Counted from the first letter of the stretch, positions 1 through 9,984 are shown. The stretch: DNA of 64,000 nucleotides from Bdellovibrionales bacterium Ga0074137 (GCA_001464715.1 LNDT01000029.1:1313-65312), one strand, 5' to 3'. Numbers and translations: made by a program. Notes: generated by a model not told the origin, from the letters alone.

Positions 1-1777
1 GATCAACCCTCCACTAAGTGCAGCCAACTCTAAAGAAGTGGAAACGACTCTCGCTTTGAACCCTGACATGAGGGACGCCCTTTGGGAGATCGGTCGCGGC
101 CGACTTTCAAGAGACGCACAAAATCTCTCTGGACTCATTGAAGAGAAAACTGGAAAAACTCCCGAGCAACTTGATGCCGAAGAGGCCAAAGTACGAGCTG
201 AAGGTTACAAACCAGGCCCGTTTCTAGAAATGATCGGGAAAGTGCCGGGACTCAACATCGACGTGAGTAAAGCGAACCTTCGCTTGAAACAAGAATTCGA
301 CGGCGTTGCCCTTGATATCATCGCCGATAAACTCATCAACGACGCGACTCGTTTTTCGTTTCCCGTCGGATTCATTCGAAGCCTCATTAACGATATCGGA
401 ACCAAAGGCCGATTTCTTGGAGTTACTGGGGAAGCGCTCGCGTCCTTCATCATTAATGCTCAGCTAGCACTGCGCCTTTCGGACCTTTATGGTGTCGAGC
501 TCGCGGACTCTGAAAGAGAAATTGTTCTTCTTGTTGTTTTCGCCGCCGCGAAATTTTCGGGCCAGTACGTGGCGACATCTCCCACGATGACTGGTGCAAT
601 GTCGAAGTTCGGCGCGACCTTAGGACAAATGAAATTTGCGGGCGCGCCAGGACAGTTCATGGCGTGGCTTAAGAACTTCACTTCAAATCCAGCCGTGATC
701 AACGCCGTCGGCCCGGCTCTTACCCAAGGCCCCTTGGTCTCAAGCTCCGACGAGTCGAAGGCTGCCGATCCGAAAACACGAGGGGCTGCTTTAAAGGACA
801 TCGCAAGACGCCTTAACTTACCCGGACTTTTGAAATCCGGACTTCACGGTGCGCGCTCGGCCACCGAAACTTTCGCCATTGGACATACAGCGAAGTACAT
901 TTTCCGCGGAGCCCGTCTTGAAAAGCGAGCGATCCATAACGAAAACTTCCGTCGTTTTTTGATGACACCCTCGGCAGAAGGTTTCTTGAAATTGATGGTC
1001 TTATCGATGAGCGACGGGCGACCGTCGACACTATCGATCGCCAATCGCCTATCGCAAGCCGAAGCTAAGACGAAAATTGATTTTATCTACAATATCGCTC
1101 GTTCGGCGCGCATCTGCTCGCCGAACGACAAAACTGTGGCCGCGCGTGCAAATGCGCCTTCAACCTCATCAAGCCGACAGGCCGCCTATGCGTGCAAAGC
1201 AAATTCCAACACGGCTCGCTTTGAACGTCTTCAGACCGAGCTTTTGACGTACGATGAAATCCCGCAAGAGTATGTGACAGATCTTCGTCTTGTCTCTCGT
1301 GAACATCGATTGAGAATGGCCGAACTTATTCTTCAGATGCAGTTCTTAGACGGCGACCGCGGCCCCAGTGAAAATCTCTACTTTAGAAACGTCGTTGCAA
1401 AAGCCCTTGGCGTCGATTCAATCGAAGACATCGAATACTTCGAGCGCGTTCATGCCTTTGTTCAAGAAAATGGCGGATTGATTCCATCCAGCAACACGCC
1501 AACGGGGTTCACTGTGCGCACCGATAGCGTCGCACATCCGTACGATATGGATCAGGGCTACACACCACTGAATTCTCCAGAACCATCCGCAGGGCCCCGC
1601 TTTGTTCCCGTGCCGAAAGCACCGACGCCCGAAAAACCAGTCGACAAAACAAGCGAGAAAACTGGCGACAAAGCCGTCGCAAAGCCTTCCGAGAAAGCTC
1701 CAGAGATCCCAGTGGTCATTCCGGCCGCCGAAAAACCGGCTGCGAACGAACCCGCGAAACCGGCCGAAGCGAAGTAG
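1..1777 (+). CDS. 5'-truncated hypothetical protein; possible EcsC-like middle domain and TerB-like C-terminal domain, Pro/Lys/Glu-rich tail
   Basis: The frame is open upstream of 38 to the window edge. 'LALRLSDLYGVEL..EREIVLL' and 'TFAIGHTAKYIF' resemble EcsC; 'MQFLDGDRGPSENLYF..VAKALGV' resembles TerB. Domain calls are tentative. Confidence 0.6.
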   Translation, partial: INPPLSAANSKEVETTLALNPDMRDALWEIGRGRLSRDAQNLSGLIEEKTGKTPEQLDAEEAKVRAEGYKPGPFLEMIGKVPGLNIDVSKANLRLKQEFDGVALDIIADKLINDATRFSFPVGFIRSLINDIGTKGRFLGVTGEALASFIINAQLALRLSDLYGVELADSEREIVLLVVFAAAKFSGQYVATSPTMTGAMSKFGATLGQMKFAGAPGQFMAWLKNFTSNPAVINAVGPALTQGPLVSSSDESKAADPKTRGAALKDIARRLNLPGLLKSGLHGARSATETFAIGHTAKYIFRGARLEKRAIHNENFRRFLMTPSAEGFLKLMVLSMSDGRPSTLSIANRLSQAEAKTKIDFIYNIARSARICSPNDKTVAARANAPSTSSSRQAAYACKANSNTARFERLQTELLTYDEIPQEYVTDLRLVSREHRLRMAELILQMQFLDGDRGPSENLYFRNVVAKALGVDSIEDIEYFERVHAFVQENGGLIPSSNTPTGFTVRTDSVAHPYDMDQGYTPLNSPEPSAGPRFVPVPKAPTPEKPVDKTSEKTGDKAVAKPSEKAPEIPVVIPAAEKPAANEPAKPAEAK

Positions 1778-1780
1778 CCG

Positions 1781-2860
1781 ATGGCAAAGACCTTTGCGAT
1801 TTTCATCGCCTCCATTCTTGCCCTGTCCTTTAGCGCCGTGTCTTTCGGCGCCGGGACTTCACAAGGCGACTTGCGAAGCTGCGTTTCTTTGTTTGAGGCG
1901 CAACCAAAGGCTCTCTCGCTTTTCACATCTCTTCCCCCAGATCTTCAGACGAGCTTTAAGACTTTAAAGCCAAGCCTAGCGCTGCGTTTTGAAAAGCGTT
2001 TTTCAAAGCGCGAAAAAATTCGCGCCGAAGGCGAGTCCCTGCGACTCATCACGCTTTTACTTCGAGATACGGAGGCCACGGCACTTCGAATCCGGCCACT
2101 TCTGAAGCCTGAAAATCGAAGTGAGGCCCTGACGGAACTTGTCGCCGCAAGAAACAATCACGAGGCAAAGCGCCAAGAGCTTGAAGATATTCTTCTTGAT
2201 ATTGGTTATAACCGGGGGACCGCAACGTCTCGGCGCTGGCGCGAATTTCGCGACAAACACGAGCGAGGCCTTGAAACTATCAAACGTGCCGCTATCAATT
2301 CCGCGTCGGCCGTCATGATGGGGCTTCCGCTTTATGTCCGTTCGTACCCTCAGCTGCGACGCCGCGGTGATGCGGCCGACCCGCGCACCCAGCGCGAGAT
2401 CAAGATCGAAGTGGCGATGGAACTTGCGCGGCGATTGGCCGCCATTGCCATCTTAGCGATCTTGACCGACGAACTTTTAGAGTACGCAATGCCTGAGTGG
2501 CATGTTTGGAAAGCCCAAGCTCTGGGCGATCTCAATATAGAAGATCGCATGGATCTTGAAACTCGAGCCATTGAACGATGGAAAGACGCTATCTCTGTCT
2601 TCACCGGCGAACGCCCCACCGACGATTCACCGGAGACGAATGAAATCCGAAACCTCATTCGCGCCGCCTCTGCGGAACAACTGTGGCTTCACGTTCATAA
2701 GCATCTTCCGCTCACGGCGGAAGTTGAGCGTCCGCTCACGGCGGCGATTGAGCGTCCGGCGGGCCGAGAGCAGGCGGCGCAGATGGCACCGGCCGCTCCA
2801 GAGACACCTTCAATGACCGAAGATGAACGAATGTATCTAAAGCGGATTTTCGGGCTCTGA
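1781..2860 (+). CDS. Secreted hypothetical protein
   Basis: 359-aa ORF starting 3 nt after the previous stop; signal peptide MAKTFAIFIASILALSFSAVSFG. Confidence 0.7.
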   Translation: MAKTFAIFIASILALSFSAVSFGAGTSQGDLRSCVSLFEAQPKALSLFTSLPPDLQTSFKTLKPSLALRFEKRFSKREKIRAEGESLRLITLLLRDTEATALRIRPLLKPENRSEALTELVAARNNHEAKRQELEDILLDIGYNRGTATSRRWREFRDKHERGLETIKRAAINSASAVMMGLPLYVRSYPQLRRRGDAADPRTQREIKIEVAMELARRLAAIAILAILTDELLEYAMPEWHVWKAQALGDLNIEDRMDLETRAIERWKDAISVFTGERPTDDSPETNEIRNLIRAASAEQLWLHVHKHLPLTAEVERPLTAAIERPAGREQAAQMAPAAPETPSMTEDERMYLKRIFGL

Positions 2861-4244
2861 AAATATCTTGTGCGGAAATCTCACGGCGGAGCTCAAGATC
2901 CGCCCAGGTCCGAGCCACACGTTGCACGGAAAGCCTTCGCCGTTCAGATCCGAGCTCGGGAATTTTTGAAAGCTCCTCTTTTTCTCGTCTTGAAAGCTCA
3001 TCGCTGGTCGGACGCCAATGTCTGTTAGGCCCCATTCGCCCGCTTGAAATTTGAAAATCGCGCACCTCCAAAATTTTATCGCGCAACGATTCAAAAGATA
3101 TTCGGCCTTTTGCCGGAGACCACCCGTTGGTGAAAGCCATCATTTGAAAGCGGTCGATGAAGGGTCCACGAAGTCGACTTTCAAATCTGGCGCGAACACG
3201 GCTTGAACACTGACACATGTCCTCAGCCACGGGCGTGTACATTCCGCACTCGCAAAGATTCGTCGTACCCAGAAGCTGAAAATCCGCCGGAAATTTTCTT
3301 GCCTCCGGTCCCCGTGCTAAGTGAACGACGCCGGTCTCCAGCGGCTCACGCAAAGCCTCTTGAACTTCAGGACGGAACAACAAAACTTCATCCATGAGAA
3401 GTGTTCCCAAGTGCGCCCGAGTAATGGCGCCGGGCCGTGGCGGCTGTCGCCCACCCACCATCGCAAACTCACTGGCCGTGTGATGGGGTTCGACAAGGGG
3501 TCTTTCAGGTTCCCCCGACCAAGTTTCAATTTCGCACAATTCATCAACGGTCGGCTTCGTCCGAAGCCGATGAATCCAACGGGCCAGTGTCGACTTCCCA
3601 GTGCCTTGCGGGCCAGCCAGTAAAAGTGAGTGACCTCCCACGGCGGCCAAGCTCAGCACTTCGGCCGCACCCACTTCAAAGCTCACCGGATTGTCTTGAA
3701 CTTGCGGCTCACTCAACTGGTCGGAAAGTTTCGCCGATAGATTTTCGGTCCTACTGATTTCTCTCAAATGAGAAACTGTTTCGATCCCCTCACCACGACG
3801 CCCACCACGAAACTTAAAAGCCTCTGGCCCGAGGCCCGTCATCATTTTGCCTGAAAGCAAAGCACGCACACGCGGCCAATCGGGCGGCGCCATCACGTCT
3901 CCCCCAAGTCCCAGATCGCCATAGAAGTACTTTTCAAGATCGCGATCACCTTCCCATTGATCGGAAAGCATCAAGTATCCGGCGGCAACGGCAAGATCCA
4001 CACCGCGTCCGTGTTTTTTTTCATCGCGCGGACGAATATCGACCAAGATCTGCCGCCCTTTCGGAAGCTTGAATCCCGAGGCACGAAGTGCGCTTCGAAT
4101 TCTCAAAGCCGACTCTTTGAGGCCTGGGCTTGGAAGCCCCAAGAACTGAATTGTTGGAAGTCCGGGAACAAGCTGAATTTCAATTTCAAGTTTCTGAAAG
4201 ACTTCAGCCTTCAGCATCAGCGAACGAACGATGATCGACGACAT
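2736..4244 (-). CDS. comM: YifB/ComM family Mg-chelatase-like AAA+ ATPase
   Basis: N-terminal 'GLP...LKESALRIRSAL..SGF', Walker A GPQGTGKS, 'PHHTAS..AMVGG..PRPGAITRAHLGTLLMDE', 'ALREPLETG', Cys cluster, 'RVARTWADL'. Confidence 0.9.
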   Translation of the reverse strand: MSSIIVRSLMLKAEVFQKLEIEIQLVPGLPTIQFLGLPSPGLKESALRIRSALRASGFKLPKGRQILVDIRPRDEKKHGRGVDLAVAAGYLMLSDQWEGDRDLEKYFYGDLGLGGDVMAPPDWPRVRALLSGKMMTGLGPEAFKFRGGRRGEGIETVSHLREISRTENLSAKLSDQLSEPQVQDNPVSFEVGAAEVLSLAAVGGHSLLLAGPQGTGKSTLARWIHRLRTKPTVDELCEIETWSGEPERPLVEPHHTASEFAMVGGRQPPRPGAITRAHLGTLLMDEVLLFRPEVQEALREPLETGVVHLARGPEARKFPADFQLLGTTNLCECGMYTPVAEDMCQCSSRVRARFESRLRGPFIDRFQMMAFTNGWSPAKGRISFESLRDKILEVRDFQISSGRMGPNRHWRPTSDELSRREKEELSKIPELGSERRRLSVQRVARTWADLELRREISAQDIFRARKSALDTFVHLRSLKVSLERPVPSAPPALGPPDAQSPP

Positions 4245-4388
4245 AGAGGACCTCCCAATCGAAAAGGAGGGTTACTCGTGAAACGAACATCAAGGCATTG
4301 AAGATTTCATCGAAAGATACGGCGTCCGGTGGGCGGACGTTAGCAGCGACAGCCACCGGGCGTCGGCCGCCGCAGCTGACCGACGAGG

Positions 4389-5294
4389 CTAATCGCGGTC
4401 CAATGCTTTCGGTGGCGACGACAGGCCCGACAGCGGATGATGGTCGTTGATGGCGTCAGTCATCGTACGGCTTGCGACCGACGTATAGATCTGCGTCGTC
4501 TGAATCGATGCGTGACCCAGCAAAACTTGAATCGACCGAAGATCAGCACCCGACTCTAAAAGTGCCGTCGCACAACCGTGACGGAATCGGTGCGGGTTGA
4601 CGGGCTCCGAAAATCCCGCTTTCTCTGACCAGCTCGCAAGCCATCGCCAAACATCAACGCGCGAAGGCCTGTGCCCGCGATCGTTAATCAAGACAGAATC
4701 GGTCGGGTCTTTTAAAAGTTTCGGACGAGCCGCGACCAAATACGCACGAAGCTCTCCCGCCAAGTTTTGCGTGAGAGGCACGGCGCGCTCTTTACCGCCT
4801 TTACCTAAAATCGAAAGCCACTGGTCGGTCTCGTTGAAATCAGAAAGATTAAGTCCAATCAGTTCGCTCACGCGGCAGCCAAGACCGTAAAGCAAAAGTA
4901 GAGTGATTTGATTTCTTGCTGTGCGAACCGGGTTCTCGGTTTCTGCGGCCGCAAAGAGAAGCTTGAACTCGTCGATCGAAAGACTTTTTGGAAGTCCTGC
5001 TTTTACTTTCGGTGGACGAAGTTCACGAAGCTCAGGCGCCGTGAACCCGTGAGACTCTAAAAATCTAAAATACGTGCGTAAGGAAGAGATCACGCGAGCC
5101 TGTGACCGCGTCGATAGTCCGCGCGTTTTCATGAACTCGAAAAAACCGTGAACGTCGGTTTTCGTCTGCCGGTACTCTTCCCAGATTTCAAGATCGCGCC
5201 GGTAGGCCATTACCGTATTGAGCGAGCGCCCCCGAATGTGCTGAAGGTCATCAAAGAACTCGATCCAAAGCTGTAGAGCCGGTTGCACATTCAT
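4389..5294 (-). CDS. xerD: Tyrosine recombinase XerD/XerC family
   Basis: 'SLNTVMAYRRDL', 'GCRVSEL', 'GKGGKERAVP', 'HRFRHGCATALL..GADLRSIQVLLGHASIQTTQIYT'. XerD versus XerC cannot be settled by eye. Confidence 0.85.
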   Translation of the reverse strand: MNVQPALQLWIEFFDDLQHIRGRSLNTVMAYRRDLEIWEEYRQTKTDVHGFFEFMKTRGLSTRSQARVISSLRTYFRFLESHGFTAPELRELRPPKVKAGLPKSLSIDEFKLLFAAAETENPVRTARNQITLLLLYGLGCRVSELIGLNLSDFNETDQWLSILGKGGKERAVPLTQNLAGELRAYLVAARPKLLKDPTDSVLINDRGHRPSRVDVWRWLASWSEKAGFSEPVNPHRFRHGCATALLESGADLRSIQVLLGHASIQTTQIYTSVASRTMTDAINDHHPLSGLSSPPKALDRD

Positions 5295-5334
5295 ACCCAG
5301 TATGAAAGCAACTCTAGCCTAAGACGACAAGAAC

Positions 5335-5367
5335 AAAAAAGCGAAGCCGAGGGGAGTCGGCTTCGCT
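5335..5367 (-). terminator. Intrinsic terminator after the lipoprotein pair
   Basis: GCGAAGCCGA-N6-TCGGCTTCGC stem followed by a T6 run on the minus strand. Confidence 0.8.
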
Positions 5368-5474
5368 AGAATGGGGTTAGGGCATTAGGGACTTCTTAAT
5401 TGTTCTTCGTCATTGAGCCTACGAATGGGCGCGTTGACTCAAAGCCGAAGATCACTGAAGGAAACTTCGGTCTT

Positions 5475-6143
5475 TTAAAAGCCGAACTGATATTCTGGAT
5501 ATCCACCAGCGTTACAGAATCCGCCGAGAATCGAAGTGACATAAACTTCACTGACGATTCGGTACGGGAATGTTGCGCCAGCCCAATCAACAGCCGCCGG
5601 AGAGATCGCAAAGACTGAGTTGCGACTCAAGGTCAACTGAAGTGTCGTCGGTCCAACTGCCTGAAGCTGAATGTTGGAGAATTGCTGTCCTCCCCATTGT
5701 CCAGGAGCTAAAGTCGTGACCGTGTAATCTCCAGCGGGAACATTGCAACCCGGTGCTGCTTTCGCCACGCGAACCCGGAAGATTCCACCGACAACGATTT
5801 GACCGTTGTAGTAGAGCGATCCCGAAGTCTGCGCCGCTGCAACCGCTGCTGCATCGCCGTAGAAGTTTAGAGACAGTTGTGCTTGCTCGACATTATTGTA
5901 GTCCCAAGACTTTCCAAGCGCAGACGAAACAAGGGTCGTCGACGTTGGGCAACCTATGCACGAAGCCGATGCGCCAGGAGGATAAGCGATGCCGGGAACT
6001 CCGCCGCCGCCTTCGTCTTTATTTCCGCAGGCTGTTGCACCGATCGCAATCGCCACCGCTGCAATCGTCAGCGCGAACATTCGCGACCAAGTTTGTTTTG
6101 GACCTTTCGCTTCATCTCGGTAAGTACCGTTCACATGTTTCAT
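5475..6143 (-). CDS. Hypothetical lipoprotein
   Basis: Likely start MKHVNG with GGGAG RBS; hydrophobic stretch ending in lipobox-like IGATA-C; Gly-rich linker. Confidence 0.7.
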   Translation of the reverse strand: MKHVNGTYRDEAKGPKQTWSRMFALTIAAVAIAIGATACGNKDEGGGGVPGIAYPPGASASCIGCPTSTTLVSSALGKSWDYNNVEQAQLSLNFYGDAAAVAAAQTSGSLYYNGQIVVGGIFRVRVAKAAPGCNVPAGDYTVTTLAPGQWGGQQFSNIQLQAVGPTTLQLTLSRNSVFAISPAAVDWAGATFPYRIVSEVYVTSILGGFCNAGGYPEYQFGF

Positions 6144-6204
6144 ACTGTCTCCCATTTCTTCATTTTCTAAATCTTGGTTCAAATCTTTCGGTCAATTTTC
6201 AAAT

Positions 6205-7008
6205 TTAAGGATTCGGCAGGTTCGCGGCTGTTCGCGAAAGTCCTGTGAAGTTGCCAAGCTTCTGGTACGGCTTCGATCGGTGTGGACCATAGTTGTTCGG
6301 AGTCGCACTCGAATTCATAACAACACTGCTTCCAACCAAGAAACTTCGGCAATCATAAGGACCAGCCAAGATCTCCCAGCACATCAATTGCTTCGCGAAG
6401 CAAGTGCCATAGCGCGGATCGCCCGATTGGCATTTGCTGTCGTTCGCCGGATTCTCGCCAAAGTTCTGGAACCAGATCGAACCACCAACAAAGGGAGCTG
6501 CGCTTCCGTCACCGGCGTTGAGAACCTTATCAATCACAACAACAACCGCGCCGTACTTATCTTGGAAGAAACCTTTGTAGACGCGCGATGAACCTTCAGT
6601 GATCCAACCGTTGTACTGTTTGTTCTCGCGGTTTCCGTCCGGGAACCGTGTTCCAAGTCCGGCTTCAACAACTCGTCCGTTGTCGACGTAGCTCACGATC
6701 ACAGCGTCCAGAGTTCTGTTCATATCAATGTTCACTTGAATGTTTGTTGGGTTATTTGGGTACGAGTTAAAGAACATCGTTCCCAGACCAGAAACATTCG
6801 AGAGCGGAGCCGTACCACCTGAGTAGTAGCCACCGTTGCCATCCGACGCGCCCGGAGGAGGAGGCGTGCCGCCACCACCCGAATCACAGAGAGTTCGAGC
6901 GCAGACATCCACCGTCGGCGGAAGAACCGCAGGTCCCGGACTTTCTTCAGCACAGCCGATGTTGAGCATCAGCACTGTCGCTCCAAGAATCGTTAGTAGT
7001 CGTTTCAT
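6205..7008 (-). CDS. Hypothetical Cys-rich lipoprotein
   Basis: Start MKRLLTILGATVLMLNIG-C (lipobox-like) with purine-rich RBS; Pro/Gly linker. Confidence 0.75.
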   Translation of the reverse strand: MKRLLTILGATVLMLNIGCAEESPGPAVLPPTVDVCARTLCDSGGGGTPPPPGASDGNGGYYSGGTAPLSNVSGLGTMFFNSYPNNPTNIQVNIDMNRTLDAVIVSYVDNGRVVEAGLGTRFPDGNRENKQYNGWITEGSSRVYKGFFQDKYGAVVVVIDKVLNAGDGSAAPFVGGSIWFQNFGENPANDSKCQSGDPRYGTCFAKQLMCWEILAGPYDCRSFLVGSSVVMNSSATPNNYGPHRSKPYQKLGNFTGLSRTAANLPNP

Positions 7009-7082
7009 AGCTCTTTCCCCTGTTAAACATTTCCCCGTCATCGACCGACCTACCGGCCGATAACTTCCCACACCCCTTATCA

Positions 7083-7100
7083 ATGCGAGACGAGTGCCGA
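7083..7100 (-). promoter_or_regulatory. Candidate sigma54 (-24/-12) promoter
   Basis: Minus strand reads TCGGCAC-TCGTC-TCGCAT with exact GG-N10-GC spacing, about 75 nt upstream of the lipoprotein start. Confidence 0.6.
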
Positions 7101-7159
7101 CGATGTAAGAATTTCGCTTAGTGCCCTAGGTCTACGAAATTACTGAATTTTTCAGATTG

Positions 7160-7203
7160 TGTTTCAGATTGATACAATCTCGAAACTGTTTCAGGGTGAC
7201 GCA
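7160..7203. promoter_or_regulatory. Two tandem 17-bp imperfect palindromes, candidate enhancer-binding-protein sites
   Basis: TGTTTCA-GAT-TGATACA (7160-7176) and TGTTTCA-GGG-TGACGCA (7187-7203), upstream of the sigma54-like motif. Confidence 0.5.
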
Positions 7204-7366
7204 ATTCGGCCCGGGCTGACACCCCCCGGCCGCCAAACGTCACTGGCGGCTTTGGCGACAAGTGCTTCCGCTGGCCGATCCAGCACGAGCGCCCCGCGCT
7301 CAACCCGGCGGGCCCAGAACCTACTTTCGGCCCTGCGCCAGATCTGCCGACGGTTTCACTGCGATT

Positions 7367-7684
7367 CTATCTCATCGCAGGAATGAACTGGCTCATCAGT
7401 CTGGTTCCCAGCTTTTTTGTGGCCGCCAGAATATTGTGCTCGCGACAAAGCACTCGGATGTTGTGAGCTTGGCTCTCTCCGCCGAGGGCCAAGGGTGTTC
7501 GATGATCAAATTCCAGGCGATGACGAGCTTCGCAGCGGTGTCCCTCAGGCGATACATATTCGCACTGACTCTCGGCTTTCCGCCGAGCGAGTCTTTTCAC
7601 AGACACAGAAAACCGTCCCGTTTCTTTCGCTTGAAATGCCGCCTCCGCCGACGATGATTCCGACTCCGCCGGCGGAGTCATCAC
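7367..7684 (-). CDS. Short HNH endonuclease-domain protein, possibly a remnant
   Basis: 'QCEYVSPEGHRCEARHRLEFDHRTPLALGGESQAHNIRVLCREHN' is an HNH motif; there is an in-frame stop just upstream at 7724-7726. Confidence 0.75.
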   Translation of the reverse strand: MMTPPAESESSSAEAAFQAKETGRFSVSVKRLARRKAESQCEYVSPEGHRCEARHRLEFDHRTPLALGGESQAHNIRVLCREHNILAATKKLGTRLMSQFIPAMR

Positions 7685-7867
7685 CGCTTCCGCCGATTCA
7701 GGCCATCGGCGGATCTGCGGCTGTCATGGCGTGCGCAGCGGTCCTGGCGATCGTTGGCCACTCGTACTCGAGACCGCCCGGATCGAACGAGATTGCAGCA
7801 TGTGGGCCTGTGATAATGATGGGAATCCGCACCGCCGCCCGCGTCGAATCAGCGAAGACTCAACGCC

Positions 7868-9268
7868 TTAGTTTGATCGCGCCAGATTTTGCTCGGAGGA
7901 TTTTTGAAGCTGTTCAATTTTGGACTTCGGGTAGTAGTGCGAAAGTATCTCGCGGTAGGTTTTTCCGTCGCTGGCGAGTTGGCGAGAGCCCCACTGGCAA
8001 AGCCCAGCACCATGTCCAAAGCCTCGGCCGACGATTTCAACAGTGACCGGGCGTGCGGCTTCACCACTGTCGGACGGCGCAACACCGCTCACAACATCAA
8101 ACAAGGTACTTCGAATTTCGCTATACCCCAAAGCCGCTCGAAGACGTTCCCCCGAGAACCGAACTTCGCGGCCCTCGACCGAACGAGCTTGAAGGAACTC
8201 GGCGCGACCACCACTTGTTCTGGTCACAACACTCAGTGACGCCACTTCGAAACCAGACGGTACCAGCTGTTTTCGCCGAAGCTCCCTAGAAAGATCAGCC
8301 CTCGTCGTTACAAAACGCCATGAATTGCGAGTCGAGACCGCACAGCCACGATCGATGATCGCACCATACTCAGCCACGCCACCGTCAGAACCACGGGCCG
8401 AGCTGCCGTCCCCAGCGCTTGTCCAAACTTCGTGCGGAAGATCGACGCGGCCGCCGCAGTCGGCGTGGTAATGAGCTTTCATCGGCCTTCGGGAACTATC
8501 CGTAAGAACTTCGCCGCGAGTCGCTCTCACCGCCTCAGAAGCTCGCGAGTGCTTGCGGTCAAAATCAAAAACTTGATCGATAACACTGGACTCAAGTAGC
8601 CAGTCGACAGACTTTCCAGACCGCTGAGTCGACGCGGCCGACATCCGCTCTCGGACACGCGCCAAAGTGAAAGATCGTGCAGCCACAGCCTGCGCTTTCA
8701 AAGCCTCCATCGGCCAATCGCGCGGAACTTCGCTGGCGACAACACCTTCAAGATAACTTTCTAAATCCAAAAAACCGACCAGCTGAATCGGAGACCTCGG
8801 ACCTTTCACGACCAATTGCACGTGCGCAGGAGAAGGTCGTAAATCAACTCGAAGTCCACTTCCCCGAATGTCGACTTTGCGACCCAACACGGTCGCGATC
8901 TTTTTCCCGAGATCTGAGCCACCGCTTGAGTCCGATGCTACTTCAAAAATGCTCCACTCTTCTTTTGCTTTCAGCTTTTCAAACTGAATTTTTATTTTCG
9001 AGAACCCCGGTCGTGAGATGCTACCAATCAAAATGTCGCTGCCGGAGACGGAAACGACGCCCTTCAGTGGCCTCAGCCGTACCGACACATAGCCTGGCGC
9101 ACCAGAGATCGCAGCCGGAGCGACCGACGACGTGTCGGCCCGCCCGCTGGGTGCCGATGCCAACGCCACTGCCGCTGAAAGTGAAATTAGAAAAAAGCCC
9201 AGCGCGAAAATCGCCGGGCGAAAGCTTCTACTCACGCGTGTGTCCCAATAGACCGCGAAGCAAATCAA
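7868..9268 (-). CDS. SpoIID/LytB domain protein (lytic transglycosylase-like)
   Basis: 'LESYLEGVVASEVPRDWPMEALKAQAVAARSF', 'GRGFGHGAGLCQWG', 'YREILSHYYP'. The true start may be near 9235. Confidence 0.92.
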   Translation of the reverse strand: MICFAVYWDTRVSRSFRPAIFALGFFLISLSAAVALASAPSGRADTSSVAPAAISGAPGYVSVRLRPLKGVVSVSGSDILIGSISRPGFSKIKIQFEKLKAKEEWSIFEVASDSSGGSDLGKKIATVLGRKVDIRGSGLRVDLRPSPAHVQLVVKGPRSPIQLVGFLDLESYLEGVVASEVPRDWPMEALKAQAVAARSFTLARVRERMSAASTQRSGKSVDWLLESSVIDQVFDFDRKHSRASEAVRATRGEVLTDSSRRPMKAHYHADCGGRVDLPHEVWTSAGDGSSARGSDGGVAEYGAIIDRGCAVSTRNSWRFVTTRADLSRELRRKQLVPSGFEVASLSVVTRTSGGRAEFLQARSVEGREVRFSGERLRAALGYSEIRSTLFDVVSGVAPSDSGEAARPVTVEIVGRGFGHGAGLCQWGSRQLASDGKTYREILSHYYPKSKIEQLQKSSEQNLARSN

Positions 9269-9980
9269 TCGGAACTGGGAAAATGATCGTACGTGTTCCT
9301 TCTTTGCTTGCGATCTCAGTCAGTGTCTGAAGGTAGGCCAGCTGAATCGAATTTGGTGACACTGCCAAACGAGTTGCAGCTTCCGCCAAACGTTCCGAAC
9401 GCTGAAGTTCACCGTCAGCAGAAATCAGCTTCGCACGACGCTCACGCTCGGCCTCAGCCTGACGAGCCATCGCCGACTGCATTTCTTTCGGAAGGTCGAT
9501 GTTTTTAACTTCAACCAAAGATACTTTTACGCCCCATGGCTCAGTCTGCTTATCGATCAGCTCTTGAAGACGATGATTGATTTTATCTCGCTGCTCCAGA
9601 ATTTCATCCATCTGAAACTGACCTAAGACCGAACGAAGGGTCGTTTGTGCGAGCTGGCTTGTCGCAAAATAGTAGTCAGCGACTTTAGAAACCGCGTCTT
9701 CCGAATTCGTCACTCGGAAATAAACGACAGCATTCACTTTCAAAGAAATATTATCTTGAGTGATCACGTCTTGCGACGGCACGTCCATTGTTACTGTGCG
9801 AAGGTCGACGCGATAGATTTTTTCAACAAACGGAATAACTAAAACCAAACCCGGTCCACGGACTCCGATGCTTCGACCAAGTCTAAGAACAACACCCTTT
9901 TCCCATTCGTTCAAAATCTTGACCGATGAGAACAAGATGAAAAGAACAAAAAGAACTAGAAAAATACCAAACATCTCCAC
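9228..9980 (-). CDS. Slipin/stomatin (SPFH/band 7) family protein
   Basis: 'GVVLRLGR..GPGL', 'QDVITQDN', 'QTTLRSVLG', 'AMARQAEAERERRAK'. Confidence 0.95.
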   Translation of the reverse strand: MEMFGIFLVLFVLFILFSSVKILNEWEKGVVLRLGRSIGVRGPGLVLVIPFVEKIYRVDLRTVTMDVPSQDVITQDNISLKVNAVVYFRVTNSEDAVSKVADYYFATSQLAQTTLRSVLGQFQMDEILEQRDKINHRLQELIDKQTEPWGVKVSLVEVKNIDLPKEMQSAMARQAEAERERRAKLISADGELQRSERLAEAATRLAVSPNSIQLAYLQTLTEIASKEGTRTIIFPVPIDLLRGLLGHTRE

Positions 9981-9984
9981 GACT

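Noticed and set aside
4389-5294. Xer gene as a prophage or island integrase beside comM
   Set aside because: It looks like a housekeeping Xer of normal length; comM is not interrupted and no att repeats or phage genes are seen.
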